Below, in pieces: positions 1-13,235 of a stretch of DNA of 64,000 nucleotides. The DNA is taken from NCBI GenBank assembly GCA_013265495.1, contig MU058824.1, forward strand, positions 930,001 through 994,000. Direction: 5' to 3'. The notes beneath the pieces are model-generated. The model was not told the DNA's origin and searched no databases. It was given only the letters and a program-made list of their open reading frames with translations. The stretch is from Vicugna vicugna (taxonomy: Eukaryota). Within the stretch, counting starts at the first letter, position 1. Every line of letters starts with the position of its first letter. The translations under genes were made by a program, and so were the position numbers.

Positions 1-1480
1 GTTAGCTGTCTCTGAATCAGAGTTAAAATGCAGCCATACTTCTCTAGGCAGCCAAAATAGGGATGCCAGCACAGGGGTGGCACTCTAGCCACAGTAGGGT
101 TATGACTTCAAGTTTATGAGTTCAAGAATGAGCCAATGCAAGCCATTTAGGAAAACTACCCTTCCTCCCCCCAGTGAATATGGATTTAAGAATAGCAGAA
201 TTTCATCCTATTGTCTTCCTTATTACCCCCTTATTTGATAGATTGGTTAGGGCTCTGCTAGTCACAGTGCATCATGGCTTGCCTTGAATCAGGGCTCTAC
301 ATGTGTACATGTCTTCCTTTCTGGACTGTGAGACCCCACAGACCAGCAGCCAGATCCTTAATGTGTTGTTTTCATCAAGGTCCCATTCCAGTGCCAGTGC
401 TTCATAAACGTGTAAACTTGAATAAACTACGAGACCAGACACTTCGCAACACCATCAATTGGGTCATAATGTAGGCATGTAGACTGGAAGACATAATAGG
501 GTTAGAGGTGTCAGATGCCTCCCTTTTAAACTGTATTACCTGGTTCTTATCCTTTTCCATGTTTGACCCCATTTCTTGCATGAAGTCAATTACAGATGAT
601 CCCCAACTTTCAAACAGATTGGAAGTGTGTCTCAAAGTCAAGTAACAAACCCATATGCTAAAAGGGATAGTTTCCATGTTTCCATTTCCCAAAACCTTAA
701 ATCCCTGTTCAGGAATACCAGACCCGGTGGCAGATTTGGAGAAACCCTGCAAACCCCTATAAGTGGTAGACCATGTGATGTTTTAGTCCCTGCCCCAACC
801 CCTGGTCCACACCCCAGACCCCCATCCCCAGCCAGGCTCTCACAGAAGGGCAATGCAGAATGTAAAGCAACTGGAAAGTCACGGATTGGTGCATGAGCTT
901 CAGGAGCATCCATGGAGTAAACCTTTGCAAACTTTAAAGGGAAAATGCATCGTGTAATAATTTCTATTTTGTGTAAAAAGAAGAGAAAAAGATTAAAATT
1001 AATATATATGTAAGAACAGACAAATGACAGGAAGGAAATACACTAGAAAACTTTAAATGATTTTTTCTAGCTGGTTGGATTATGATTTTTTTTCTAGTTT
1101 TGCACTGGTTTAATGTACTTGTATTTTAATATATATAAATACTTTTTAATTTATTTTATCTACTTGTAAAACATTAAAAACATTGCTATTAAGGCTTTTT
1201 GACCACTATCCCAAATTCTCATGTCACTTTGGCTTTCATTCATCTTTCCGGATTTTTTTTTCGATATATTTACAGATATGTATGTATACACATAGAAATA
1301 CACAGTATTGTTTTGTTTCTACATAGATAACATCATACAGTACATATTCTGCAATTTTCTTTCCATGTCAGTTACATATAAATCTACCTCAGTAAAAAAA
1401 ATAATAATACTATTCTATCAAATAGGGAGACTGCAGCTTATTTAGTCCAGTGGTTCTACACTGGAATCATGTAAGGAGCT

Positions 1481-1619
1481 TTATTATTTTGGGATGGGAT
1501 AATTAGGTTTCTGTATGTATGTATGTATGTATGTATGTATGTATGTATGTATGTATTTAGCTGTAGGTGCTGGAGATTGAACCCAGAACCTCATGCATGC
1601 TAAGCATGCACTCTACCAT
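1481..1619 (-). mobile_element. tRNA-derived SINE, camelid Vic-1-like, 5'-truncated, inserted in a MER5-type element
   Basis: Minus strand reads TGGTAGAGTGCATGCTTAGCATGCATGAGGTTCTGGGTTCAATCTCCAGCACC (tRNA-like, B-box GGTTCAATC), then (TACA)n, then AAACCTAATTATCCC and an A-rich tail. This matches my recollection of the camelid SINE layout. Confidence 0.75.
1512..1556. repeat. (TATG)n tetranucleotide microsatellite inside the SINE, ~11 units
   Basis: Directly visible perfect run. Confidence 0.95.
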
Positions 1620-1959
1620 AAAGCGCTTTAAAATCAAACCAATGCCCAGGGCCCACCCCTAGACATTCTGATGCAAAGTTTTTGCTTCTACCACCCAGGT
1701 GTTTTAGAACAGTATCATATTGTGTAACCTTGCACATATATATGGATGGTACTCTAGAAAGACTTTTTAAAAATAGCACTTATATTGTAGTACCAATTTA
1801 TACTCTTACCAGAAGTATGTGAAAATAACCCCATGCACTTCTCTACCTTGGATATCTAATTTTAAGATTTTTAACTTTGATGAATTAAAACAAATAATAA
1901 GTCATTTATTTTCATTTTACTGATCATCTGTGAGACTTATATCTTTTCATATGCACAGG

Positions 1960-2185
1960 GAGGGATTAAGGGCACAAGGCACTCAGGTTTGTATCCTAGC
2001 TCTGCGCTGAGGAGCTATATGCCTGCAGGCCAGTTGTTAACTTCTCTGTGCCTCAGTTTCCTCAGCTGTAAAATAGAGAGAATCATAGTGCCTAGTTCAT
2101 AGGCTTGTTGTAAGGATGAAATGATTTAATGTAGATATGGTTTTAGAACAGTATTATCACAGAGCAAGCACACCATAGATGTATT
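1960..2185 (+). mobile_element. MIR SINE
   Basis: MIR core TTAACTTCTCTGTGCCTCAGTTTCCTCAGCTGTAAAAT...TTGTAAGGATGAAATGA. Confidence 0.8.
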
Positions 2186-2865
2186 CTTTTTGGTCGTTTG
2201 TGTTTTTTTTGTATTAGTGCTTAATCAGAAAACAAAATTGATTTTTAAATATTGACCCATTCAGAGAAAGCTACCCAGGCAGGGTAGAGACATCTCTTGT
2301 GATTAGAGGCCTTACATACTTTGTCCCTGCTCCCCATAGTAAATTGGGAATGGTAACTCTGCACCTGTATGAAGACAAAGGAGGTGAAACATGCCTTTTG
2401 GGATCCTTAACAGGTCAGAGACGTTTCAGTCCATTGTTTCATATTGGGAAGCAGAGTACTTTCATCGCTATCACGGGGCAAGTCTGCAATGCTTCACTAG
2501 GAGCCTAGAAAGTTAGACCTTGGAAGGACTGGCAGAAGGACTTTAGAGATCATCCACCGGGCACTGTGCTTACTAGACGAGGACACTGAGTCCCAAAGGA
2601 TGAAAGTAATTGGATGAGCTCCCACCACCACCCAGTGACAGAATCAGACAGAATCTATGTCCTTCAGCTTCAGAAAGCTTTGACCTGACCTTCTCTATTA
2701 CTCATTTGGGCCTGGGTGATAGTGTTTAGGGGGAGCAAGCTCCAATCTTAATATGTATGTGAGAAATAAGCTGAAGAATCTTAATTTTATGTAATAAGAT
2801 AATAGGTAAGAATTATTAAGAATAAGACAAATAGGTAAGAATAATTTTAGACATGCTAAGAATAC

Positions 2866-3058
2866 AAATTTTTCTTTCATTGACATATAATTGATTTACA
2901 ATGTTGTGTTATTTTCTGATATACAGCATAGTGATTCAGTTATACATATATATTCTTTTTCATATTCTTTTTCATTATAGGCTATTATAAGCTATTGAAT
3001 ATGGTTCCCTGTGCTATACAATAAGACCTTGTTGTTTATCTATTTTATATATAGTATT
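2866..3058 (-). mobile_element. LINE-1 3' UTR fragment (cetartiodactyl/laurasiatherian type), severely 5'-truncated
   Basis: TTGATTTACAATGTTGTG...TACAGCATAGTGATTCAGTTATACATATAT...TTCCCTGTGCTATACA is the typical antisense L1 3' end. Confidence 0.75.
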
Positions 3059-4022
3059 TTTTTAACAGTAACACTACTGGTTTCTTAGCCTTAGGACAAG
3101 TTCATAAGTAATACATCACCTAGAAAATGTTTTCATGCCACAAGATAATTCCTTTAAAAAAAAAAGGCCAAATAAATCCATCTATTCAATTCACATTAAA
3201 ATAGTTAGATAAACACACACATACAAATTTGGAGAAATATTATGATTTAAATAACTAGCTAATATTTGGGGGACCAATGTGATTTTTTTAAATCTCATTC
3301 TGACCCAAGGATGAAGAGGTTTGAAAAGATTTTAACCCTTAAAAAAGAATGATAATTTAAAAACTTTTTTCTCAAATGACTCTAGAAGTGATTAATTTTA
3401 CAAACTGTTAGCTCTAACAAAGAGTTATAGACCCATCTCTGGTTTTGAAGGAGAGGAAAGATAAACTAACAAGAAATAAGAAGCATATTAGCATGTTCAA
3501 TTTACCTAATTATGTAAAATAGTGATAAACTTTGATCCATTTTTTTTGGTAATACCTGAAGCAGGTGAAAAAATGTATATTATTATTTCCTCTCCTAAAG
3601 TAAAGCCTTCAGTTAATGTGTCATCAAGGTGATTCAGCAGGCTTAGGGTGAAATGTTAACCAGAGTCTGACCAGTCTGGATGCTAATACAGGCAATGAGG
3701 TCTCAGGGGTGTCATCTTGGAGCACATCATCTTGAATCCTAATTCCCTTTTCCAGGGCTGGGGGAGACAGTGCTGGTTTAAGCCCTTTGCATTTCACTTC
3801 TGGGACTTGAGAAGTCACATTTTCTGTTAGTAATGACTTACAGTGCTGGATTAATTCCACTACTCCCCACTTGAAGGGGAAACCAAGAGGAAGAGGTCAA
3901 GTGACTTGTACAGAATAAAGTAGAAATGTAGTGACCTGAAATTCAGATTTTCAGATGATATTAAAATTATCCCTAAGATGGATAAAGAGATAGCATTTCA
4001 CAGTTATTATCTTATTTACATC

Positions 4023-4548
4023 TGTATTAGTTCTCCAGTGCTGTGTAACAAATTACCCCCAAGAACTAATGGCTTAAAACAACAGACATTTATTATCTTA
4101 CAATATCTGTGGGTCAGTAACTCAGAAGAAGCTTGACTGGGTGGTTCTGGTTTAGTGTTTCTCGTGGGATTGCTGTCAAAATATTGGTTAGAGCTGCTGT
4201 CATCATAAGACATGACTTGGGCTGCTTTCAAGATGGCTTACTCATTTGGGTGGCAAATTGGTGCTGGTTATTGGCACGAGGACTTAGTTCCTTGCCACGT
4301 GGGACCTCTCCATAACACTGCTTGAGTGTCTGATGGCATGGTGCTGGCATCCCCTGGAGGGAGTGATATAAGAGAGAACAAGATGTCATGATACCTTCTA
4401 TGACCTAGCCTCAGAAGACATACGCCATAATTATTCCAATACTCTACTGGCTACCAAGTCAGCCCTGTTCAGTGTGCAAGGGGACTGTTAAAGGACATAA
4501 CCACTAATCACTGAGGGTGACTGGGGCCACCTCGGAGGCTGCCCACAG
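4023..4548. mobile_element. MaLR (MLT1-type) solo LTR
   Basis: Starts TGTATTAGTT...GTAACAAATTACCCCCAA...TGGCTTAAAACAACAGACATTTATTATCTTACA and ends ...GGCTGCCCACA. Confidence 0.75.
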
Positions 4549-6984
4549 CTTCTTTGAGAACTTGTGCATACACCGAAGACATATTAATACTCTAAATTTT
4601 GAAGGTGAAGAAACTTTTTTATCCCTAGAGAATGAAAGTTACATTCCCTAAGAGGCAAGAGTGGGGATGTGAAGCCAGGTCCCCTAAGGCAGGTTGTCTG
4701 TCTACACCTCACAAAATGGGGGCCAGTAGGTCTCAGTGCAGCATGGATTCACCCCCCTCTGCGGCACTCTCCTAACTTCATAAAAAACTTTTCCATAGAG
4801 GTGGGTGTATGTAGCTTAGAATGCAAGCTCAGACCTACTTTAGAGTCCTTCATATATTTGGGGGGAACTCATATATGGTACCTACTTCCCATGGTCCCAC
4901 TTAAATTCCTAAATAACACTAAATAATAAATAGGTTTTCCTTTCTTCCTGATCCACAAAGATATTCCCTCTATTTCCAAAATATTTTAAGCATTTTAAGT
5001 GTCTTATTAACTTCCCTATGAATTCAAAGAAGAGGAAAGGGATTTTATGTGACAAGAAGAGCAGTATTTGACCTCTCTAGCTCTGATTCCTCACTTTTAA
5101 AATAGAAACAAAAGTTGCCTCTGTAGGATTGTTGAGAGGTCAAATGGGATGATTCATGTAAGGTGCTTAACACAGTGCCAGGCACACAGGTCAGGCACAG
5201 TAAATAAATACTTATCAAGCATTGACTAAACATTTATAGAGTAGTGCATAACGATCGATATTACTGGGCACTTTATTCTCCTTGAACCTCTGTCTCTTCA
5301 TCTGAAAAATGAGTGAGTTGAACAAGATCAGGGATGGGGAAAAGGCTCCCATATACCCACTTTGTCCCATATACCCACAGCATGGGCTGTCTGAAGAAGA
5401 GTTCTGAGACTAAACCTCTGGTAGCAGGAGTGATTCCAGAGTAGGTCAATGCTGTCTGTTGATGTCTGGGAACAGAAAGTGCTGACACTCATGCATTTCT
5501 TTGCTATCCCTGGACTAGATAATCAATAAAGTCTATTGAACTTTGGGAGTATAAGATTCCATAACCTACCGACACCTTCTCACACACAGGACAAGTGTTC
5601 TGAAACCAATCTCTGGATTATCCAGAGTTTTCGGTGACAAAGTCAGTCATAATCACTGTGCCTTTAAAGATTTTAACCTCCTTCGTAAATAGCCAGCTGG
5701 TTACTTAATTGAACTCACCCCGTTATTTTCAAAACAACCAGGAGTATGACCAAATTCAGTCTTTCCTTCAAACTAGTTCTGCTTGTCTCTGTGAGTCGCT
5801 ACGTGACGATATATGTTATTTTAAACTCTCCTTATTTTTAATGATATAAACAATGAAAGCCCAAGTAAGAGAAAGGAGCTAACACATTTATTCGCATTCT
5901 GCCATCTGTTTAAAGCTGCTGATGTAATTCCAGTTTGAAATTGCATTAGTGCTTGCCTCCTGGACTTCTTCCTTATTTCCTTTTGTATTTCAGGCCTTCT
6001 GTACTTAAGAGAAAGCATTGCCTCTAGGATGTTGGTCAATTAATGCGCAGCTACAGGATAGCTCTGGCCATTTTCAAACTGGTCTCCAATTTGGATTTCC
6101 TTCACTATTAGCTAGGATGACTGTAACTGGAGTGTTATTTGCTTAAATGTATTTGGTATTTAAGGTTTGATTAGTGATGTTTTCAGCAATATCATCAACA
6201 ATCAGCAGATTTGTTTACACTGCAGAGGATGGCAGAAATTATGGGTTGTGGTCGTGCATACTCAATCATCACATATTGACTTTTTCTTTTTACTTTTATC
6301 TCTTGTATTATGCCTCAGAATTCAATTTTAATTTTTTTAAATGCAGCTGCTTTATAGTGGTTTGAATAATATTGCAGTAGAGGATTTTGTTAAATTGTGC
6401 ACTATTTTGTAGTGTCTTTTATGAAGCTAGGTCTCATTTAAAATTATATTTTACTGGGTGACCAGAGTGTAGTTTCTTTGCTTGGATATAAACTGGGTAC
6501 ACAAATCAAGCCCTTTTTCTTTTCACTTTCAAATATCCACCCTAGATGATTGGATGAGGTGGACAAGGTATGTGAGGGCACACGTGGGATGGGGGCAGGA
6601 CAACCAGAAACTTAGGCAGCTTCCTTCACTTTTCTGAGCCTTAATTTCTGCCCCTTGGATTATACTAGAGTATTCTAAAGTCTTTCTCCTCTAAACAAGT
6701 TCTGTTGATATCTGAAATAGGCACCTTTCCCTTTTCCTGATATCGCTGTAGTAAGGGGCTCTGCTTTGGGTGCAGAAGTGGAATCTCATGTCAGAAAATG
6801 TCATCAGAATAATTTAGAAGGTTGGATTGGAAGTGACCTTAAGGACTCTCCTCAAAGCTCTTTCAGACTCTGTTATAGCCACCCGTAAAGGCATGGCCAG
6901 CAGAGAGGAGTGTGTTCACTAGGTATCAAGAATGGAGCTTGACATCAGCAAGATTATATAGAATATCACTTGCTACTCAGAATC

Positions 6985-7172
6985 ATGGCTCTGAACCATG
7001 GCTCCTCACTGAGGCTCAGCACTACCTGTGCATCTTTTTTTTTTTTTAATATCGATGTCTGAATCCAATATCCAACTTGCAAATCAGAATTATGGGGAGT
7101 GGGATCCCGGTGTTTGTATATTACAAAGCTCTGTGGCTGATTCTGAGCCACAGTCAAGGTGGAGAAGCTCTG
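6985..7172. mobile_element. MER5-type hAT-Charlie DNA transposon remnant
   Basis: AAATCAGAAT...TGTATATTACAAAGCTC...TGATTCTGAG...GGTGGAGAAGCTCTG resembles MER5. Confidence 0.55.
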
Positions 7173-7754
7173 TTCCAAAGAAGCATTTCATTGAGATAAA
7201 GTGGAGTCAGCAGAGAGAGATCTGATTTGGGAATCTAGAGACCAGGGTTTGAACCATGACCCAAGTATCAAGGAAACACCAAAGAAGGAGGGAGGACCAA
7301 CATGACCAAGGAAAATCAGGGGAACCTTCACAGAGGAGGTGACCTTTGAGTTGGATCTTGAAGAACGAGTAGAAATTTTCCTTTTGGAGGAAAATGGTTG
7401 AGAGAAAGAAGGTATTTCTATGTGTCACATAGAGTGTGTGCCAAAGCAGGAGGAGTGAAAGGCAAGATTTTTGAATATCTGTTCATCCCTTCCAGAGACC
7501 GCGTGAAATTCTAGCGCTAGAAGAAACGACCTCTCTTCCCACAAGGAGTTCATTGGAGCATACGTGGAGAAGGGGAATATCGAGTTGGGTGTGTGAAAGT
7601 AATCTGCATCAGCCTAGTAAATAAATGACTCCCAGGTAGTGAATTTGAAATTGATTCTATAGGCCACAGTTCACAAGTGTAAGGTCACAGCACCCTGGTA
7701 TGTTACAATCAGCCATGAGGGGCTGTGAGTAATGCATTAGTACTGGCTATTAAC

Positions 7755-8145
7755 GATGCAGTAGAGCAGAGTGATTGAGAAGGCAGGCTCCAGATATTGT
7801 GGGGATTCAATCCCAGCTCTGCCAGTTACCAAGCTACAAGCTACCTACTGTACACTGGGCAAATTACTTAAATGTGCAGTGCCTCAGTTTCTTCATTTGT
7901 ACAATCATTGCTCAGTATTCACAGGGAAATTGGTTCCAGGCTACCAAAATCCACTGATGCTCAAGTCTTTTATATAAAACAGTGTAGCACAGTCGGCCCT
8001 CTGTATCCACAGATGCAGAACCCGTGGATATGGAGGACCTACTGTATAACAGAGACAGTAATGTTAGCCTACCTCGTAAGGCTGTTATGAGGATTATGTA
8101 TTTGTAAAAAAGTTGGAAGTGTATACCTGGCAATATAGATATCAT
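7755..8145 (+). mobile_element. MIR SINE interrupted by a Tigger-type MITE
   Basis: CTGGGCAAATTACTTAAATGTGCAGTGCCTCAGTTTCTTCATTTGTA | insertion | TAACAGAGACAGTAATGTTAGCCTACCTCGTAAGGCTGTTATGAGGATTA. Confidence 0.75.
7902..8045. mobile_element. MER2/Tigger2-related TcMar MITE with TA target duplication
   Basis: TTGGTTCCAGG...ACCAAAATCCACTGATGCTCAAGTC...CAGATGCAGAACCCGTGGATATGGAGGACCTACTG, flanked by TA on both sides. Confidence 0.75.
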
Positions 8146-8399
8146 TATTATTATTTTATTACTATTGTTATTATATTTTTTATATCTGTAAGAGTTTGAA
8201 AAGTCACACACATTAGACAAGACTCAATTTTATGTATAATTTATATTCGCTTGCTTTGTTAATTGGCAGAGATCAAGACAGGGGTGAGCCATTATCCAGC
8301 AAGTTGCACATAGCCTGGGTTACTTCCAGAGCAGTGAATGAGACCTGCAAATGTCCTCCAGTATGAACCCCTGCCACAGGCGGGCCAAGCCACCTGTGT

Positions 8400-8530
8400 A
8401 GGGTTGCCAGGTAAAATATAGGACACCAAGCTAAATTTGAATTTCAGATAAACAATGAAGAATTTTTTTAATATCCTAAGTATGCCCAAACTATTGCATG
8501 GGACATACTTACGCTCAAAAAAAAATTATA
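8400..8530. mobile_element. MER53 hAT MITE, partial
   Basis: AGGGTTGCCAGGTAAAATATAGGACACC...AAATTTGAATTTCAGATAAACAA...ATTGCATGGGACATACTTA. Confidence 0.75.
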
Positions 8531-10069
8531 AGTATGGTAGGGGGGAGGGTTCATGTGACTCTGGTCACACTTCAGGAGCCAGAGTCCCTTCCAGAGAGGC
8601 TGGATCTCCATGGCCTCTCTGAAGAGGGATCCCCATAAGTAGGGGTGGGAGCCTCATCCCTGAGAAATCTTCAGCGAAGCTGGTGTTAGGCCCTGGAGGC
8701 TGAAAAGGATTTTGATAGGTGGGGAAACAGCAATCAGTGTTGCAACCTGGAACCTAGCATGCTTTAAGGCACAGAGGCATGGAGGGGTGCCATGTCTGGG
8801 AACCACTGAGAAGGCAATGGCAGCTGGGGCATAGGGACTGTGTGTGTGTCTGTGTGTGTGACTGCGTCACGGGGTGGTGCTCAGGAGAACATATGGTCAG
8901 GGAAGTGTTTGAGGGCCAGGAGTTCAGGAGTTTAAGAAATTAGATTGAATGAGTTACTACCCAGTTCCTGAATTAGTCATTTTGCTTCCTTTCTTAATGG
9001 ATTTCATTATAGACGTTCCAGTTTCCCTAAGCATTGCTGTTTTTTTTCTTACTATGATTAGCTTGTTTGTTTGTTTGTTTTACAATTCTTCTGTGTTCAG
9101 CTAGTGAAAGGTTGTAAGATGGATAGGAACAGCAAGATTCAATGATTATTTAACAAGTAATAGACTGACTGCAGTCAAACGTGCTTGTCATTGGAAGCCT
9201 TATTCTGTTATCTGAAGTGAACATGGCAGAGCTCGTTTATTTAATTAGAAGCTGTTTTTACTGGAATCCTTCCAGGAGGACAGTGGGTGTATTCTATGGT
9301 GTTTCAGGGCTCTTCAGATTTCCAGGGTCTCACAGATAGAAATTAAATAAAAGGGGACAGTTAAAGTAAAATCCTGTGAACCCTTACTTTCTCCAGGAGT
9401 GTCTGTTGACAGCTTCCTTCCCCTTCAGCTGTTTGGGGATGGAGACCTTTATCCTCAGAACTATGCAGATAAAAATTACATAAAAATGTACTGAGTTCTT
9501 TTGGTGCTTTTCCCAGATTTAGAAGACACACATCTTGCCATTTCTTGATTAATTACTACATGAAAGTTGCTGAGAAGCAGGCTTGGCTCAACATAATGAA
9601 GGACTCGCATGTGATCGTGGAAACACTGCCAGGCTGGGTGAGAAGGATTTGGGTTCTAGTCTCAAGAGCAGCAGCAATTCTTTGTGAGATCTTGGGCAAG
9701 TTGTTTCCCTTCTCTGGGCTTCAACCTCCTCATCTGGAGAATAAGTGGATTTTAATGTAACCTTTGAGCAGTCCCTTTTGGAAACCCTGGGGTGTCCTGG
9801 CAAGACTCACTCACCAAAGAGGAGTAGCCAGGCAAGCCAGAGCAGCAAGGGAAGGCCTGCTGAATGAAGGAGACTGCATGGAGCCTTAAAAGAAGAACAA
9901 GTGTCCAGAGAGAACTTTACATATTTATTCTAAACAAATAATCATAGATGTATACAAAGACTTACCTAGATGAAGGAGATAATACTAGGAGGTTCTTTGG
10001 ATATTATTATTTTGAGAGAATTAAAGAGTTCTTGAGTGTGAAGATGCAAAGTGCATGGCATAGAACTTC

Positions 10070-10940
10070 TTGTTTCTAGGAACAGTGGAGTAGGTTAGAT
10101 CCTTCCACTGAAAGCAACTAAAAATATAGATTTTTTTCTTAATCTTCTTAAAAGCATCAAAGAGGTGACAAGAAAATAAAGAACTGCTGGATCAAAAACA
10201 AAGGGAAAATGAAAACCTAGTGAGATAAGCAAGCCACCGTAACTGCTTTTGATCTGAACACACTTGCTGATCCCTCAAAATTAAAGCTTTGTTCTGGAAG
10301 TCTCAAGAGGTGAAAGAGACAGAAAGCAAAACCCAGGCCACACACAGGCATCTCCTAGGAGACCCTTCCCACAATAAGCTAGGACAAGAAGTGACACTGT
10401 CCCAAGAACTATACCTTCGTTCCAAACCTCTGGATCCTCTTCCAGTCCCTTGCTACACAAAGTGTGGTCCATGGATTCACAACATCAGCAGCACAAGGGA
10501 ACTTATTAAAAATGCAAATTCCCGGGTCTCACCCCAAACCGAGATATACTTTAATAAGATCCTTGTTAGAAGCAAATCTGAATCCTTTCAGGAGAAATGT
10601 ACTTTCATTTTAGGCCTCAAACCATTCCTGAAAATAATTGTTCTAATATAATTTCAAGTAAACAGTCCAAGATAACAAGTCAAAAAAGGAAATTAGGCTC
10701 CACAAGAGAAAACCAGCAGAAACAATAGACAGTAGAAACGGAACTACAGAGACTTCACATGGTAGAATTATCAGATGTAGTCTATAAAATAATAGTTTAT
10801 ATTTATATCAGCTATGTGTGAAAGAGATCATAAAAAAATTTTTAAAACAAGCTTCAAAGTGTCTGCAGTGAATAGAAGATACGAACTATAAAACATTCAT
10901 AGCAGATTTGAAAAAGAACCTTGGGAATTCTAGACATAAG
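10070..10940 (+). mobile_element. Ancient L1M 5'/ORF1-region remnant with an inserted MER5A fragment (~10442-10562)
   Basis: A-rich L1-like text (GAATTATCAGAT...TATAAAATAA...GCAGATTTGAAAAAGAACC). MER5A motif CAAAGTGTGGTCCATGGA...AAATGCAAATTCCCGGG. Confidence 0.55.
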
Positions 10941-12039
10941 TTTTTATCATGGTTCTTGGAGCTCATCCATTTGTGGATGACTGGCTTGGGGTAGTGAGCA
11001 ACCTGTCATTGAAAGTGTGTGAACAGGCTAGACACACTATCAGGCTATCAGGATCATTGAAAAGGGGACAGTAGTATTGACTAAGCATTAGCCAGGTCAT
11101 CTGCAAGTCTCTTTCTGGTGCAGATACTGTAAGATATTTTCCTAAGGATGGGATGTCCTCCAATTGGCCAGGGCCCTTGGAATTCCTTCTAATTTGACTT
11201 TTCTTTGTGTGGGATTGAGAATCCTGCCCAAGGTTGCTTGATCACCCACTGCCTTGGGGGTAAATAACACCATAACTGTATAATATTTGCAGGGAGGAAG
11301 GGATTATCTGTAGAAACTCCAGATGAAACAGAGGGAGCCTCTCTGGAGGACCCACCTCAGGTACCACGGATCCAGAAGTTTATGAACCGTGATCCAAACT
11401 GATTATTTGCACACTTCTGCGTGAGTCTGCACAAGCCCTCCCCACTTTCAGACATGTTCAGAACTTCATAATCTTAAACAATAAAAGGTCCAAAGAGGAC
11501 CTAGAGGTTTAGAACCAGGGTGTAATTCTTGGGACTATGCCACTTCTGGTCTCCCAGCTTATTGTGGGACGGGTCTCTTGGAGATGCCTCACTGTGCGTG
11601 GCCTGGGCTTTGCTTTCTGTCCCTCTCGCCTCTTGAGACTGCCAGAACAAAGCTTTAATTTTGAGGGATCAGCAAACGTGTTCAGATCAAAAGCAATTAT
11701 GGTGCTTGCTTATGTCACTAGGGTCCTTCTCTTGATCCACTTCCCTTCTGGGTTCTGTTTATCCTCTCTCCTCTTCTACTCTATCAAACACTCCAAAGGG
11801 AGATCTATGGCCGTATTTTCTGTCCACCTTCACCCTTTGTAACTCCTTCACCGTAATTTCTCTGCATGCCATGAGCCTATTTAAATTTGTTTTTCCCCTG
11901 GTTCATCCTCTCCAACTTTTCTGATCATCTCCTTGGGGCTCTCTCTTTAGAAAACAGAGTTGCTATTTGAGGGGCACCTAAACTGCTTTCCACTTTCCAC
12001 ATCGTTTAACCTTCACACTAATCACACAAAATGAGATAA

Positions 12040-13235
12040 GCGTTTTTTATTTCTATTTTATAATAATATATATTCATTATAGAAAAACTAGAAATTACCT
12101 GTAAACAAAAAGAGTCAAATTGAAATTCCCTCGTATTTTACTATCCAGAGAGAACTTTACCACTGTTAATATTTGGTGTATTTTCTCCAGACTTTTTCCA
12201 TAGTTTTTTTGGGAAAAAGGTGAGATTTTGTATGCTGAGTGTATGTTTTTATAACCTATTTTTATTCACTAACAAGAGATGGTGAACCTCTTTCCATATT
12301 AGTAATAACATACACTTACAACGTAATTTTTTAATGTTTGCATAGTATGGGCGTATGATAACTTACTTAGCAAACCTTCAATTGTTGTGCATTTGAATTA
12401 ATTCCAATATTTACTATTAAAATAGCATCTTACATCTATATCTTTGTGTCTATTCTTAATTATTTTTCTAATACAGATTCCTTAATGTGGAAATGGACTC
12501 ATGCTTCTGATTTTGACAAATTTCCCCTGCAGAAAGTTTGTGCTAATTTAGATTCTCAACCTGTGAAGGTGAATATTTTCCTGAACCTTAAATAACATTT
12601 GGGTATTACTGTTTTATAATCTTTGTTAACTTCATAAGCAGCCTTTTATTGCTATTTTAATTTGATTATAAATAAGACAGAATACAGCCGTCTTTCAGTG
12701 TCCATTGGGGACTGGTTCCAGGACCCCCCATAGATACCCAAATCTGCAGATAGTTAAATCCTTCATGTAAGATGGCACAGTACAGTATTTTTCCCTTATG
12801 TTTCTTTACTATTTGATTTTTTTCTTTTGTGAATTAGTGTTAGTATTCTGTATATATTAACACACTGCACATAGAAATAAGTTAGCATCATTATGATCAT
12901 CTATAGACAGCAGCCACTGTACATTGCAAATAGCTTCCCCAAATTTGTCATTTTCTTTTAATCTAATTCAATTTTATTTTATTAATTTAGGCAATACAGA
13001 ACAAAGTGAACAAAGTCATAAACCTCAGTCTTCGTGGTTTCTGCCCGTGGCTGCATGCTTAGAAAGACTTCTCCCCTTCTAAGATTATATAAATGTTCAC
13101 CTTAGAGTATTTTTATGGTTTCATATTTTACATTTAGATCATTAATACATCTGGAATCTATTTTCATATAAGGATGGGATAGAGATCAGTAGTTTTTCAC
13201 AAAAGGCCAAACGGTTTTCCTACTCAACATTTTAA
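12040..13235 (-). mobile_element. Ancient L1M (L1ME/MC-like) antisense remnant, with a MER2-like fragment at ~12683-12787
   Basis: T-rich degenerate L1 3' region (TTACATTTAGATCATTAATACATCTGGAATCTATTTT). MER2-like GGGGACTGGTTCCAGGACCCCC. Confidence 0.6.

Noticed and set aside
1560..1619. tRNA-like sequence
   Set aside because: It is the head of a tRNA-derived SINE, truncated and followed by a SINE tail, not a tRNA gene.
2793..2848. Imperfect ~28-bp tandem duplication (AATAAGA..AATAGGTAAGAAT)
   Set aside because: Ordinary local slippage duplication in AT-rich DNA.
5347..5378. 14-bp direct repeat TCCCATATACCCAC x2
   Set aside because: Simple micro-duplication with no other structure.
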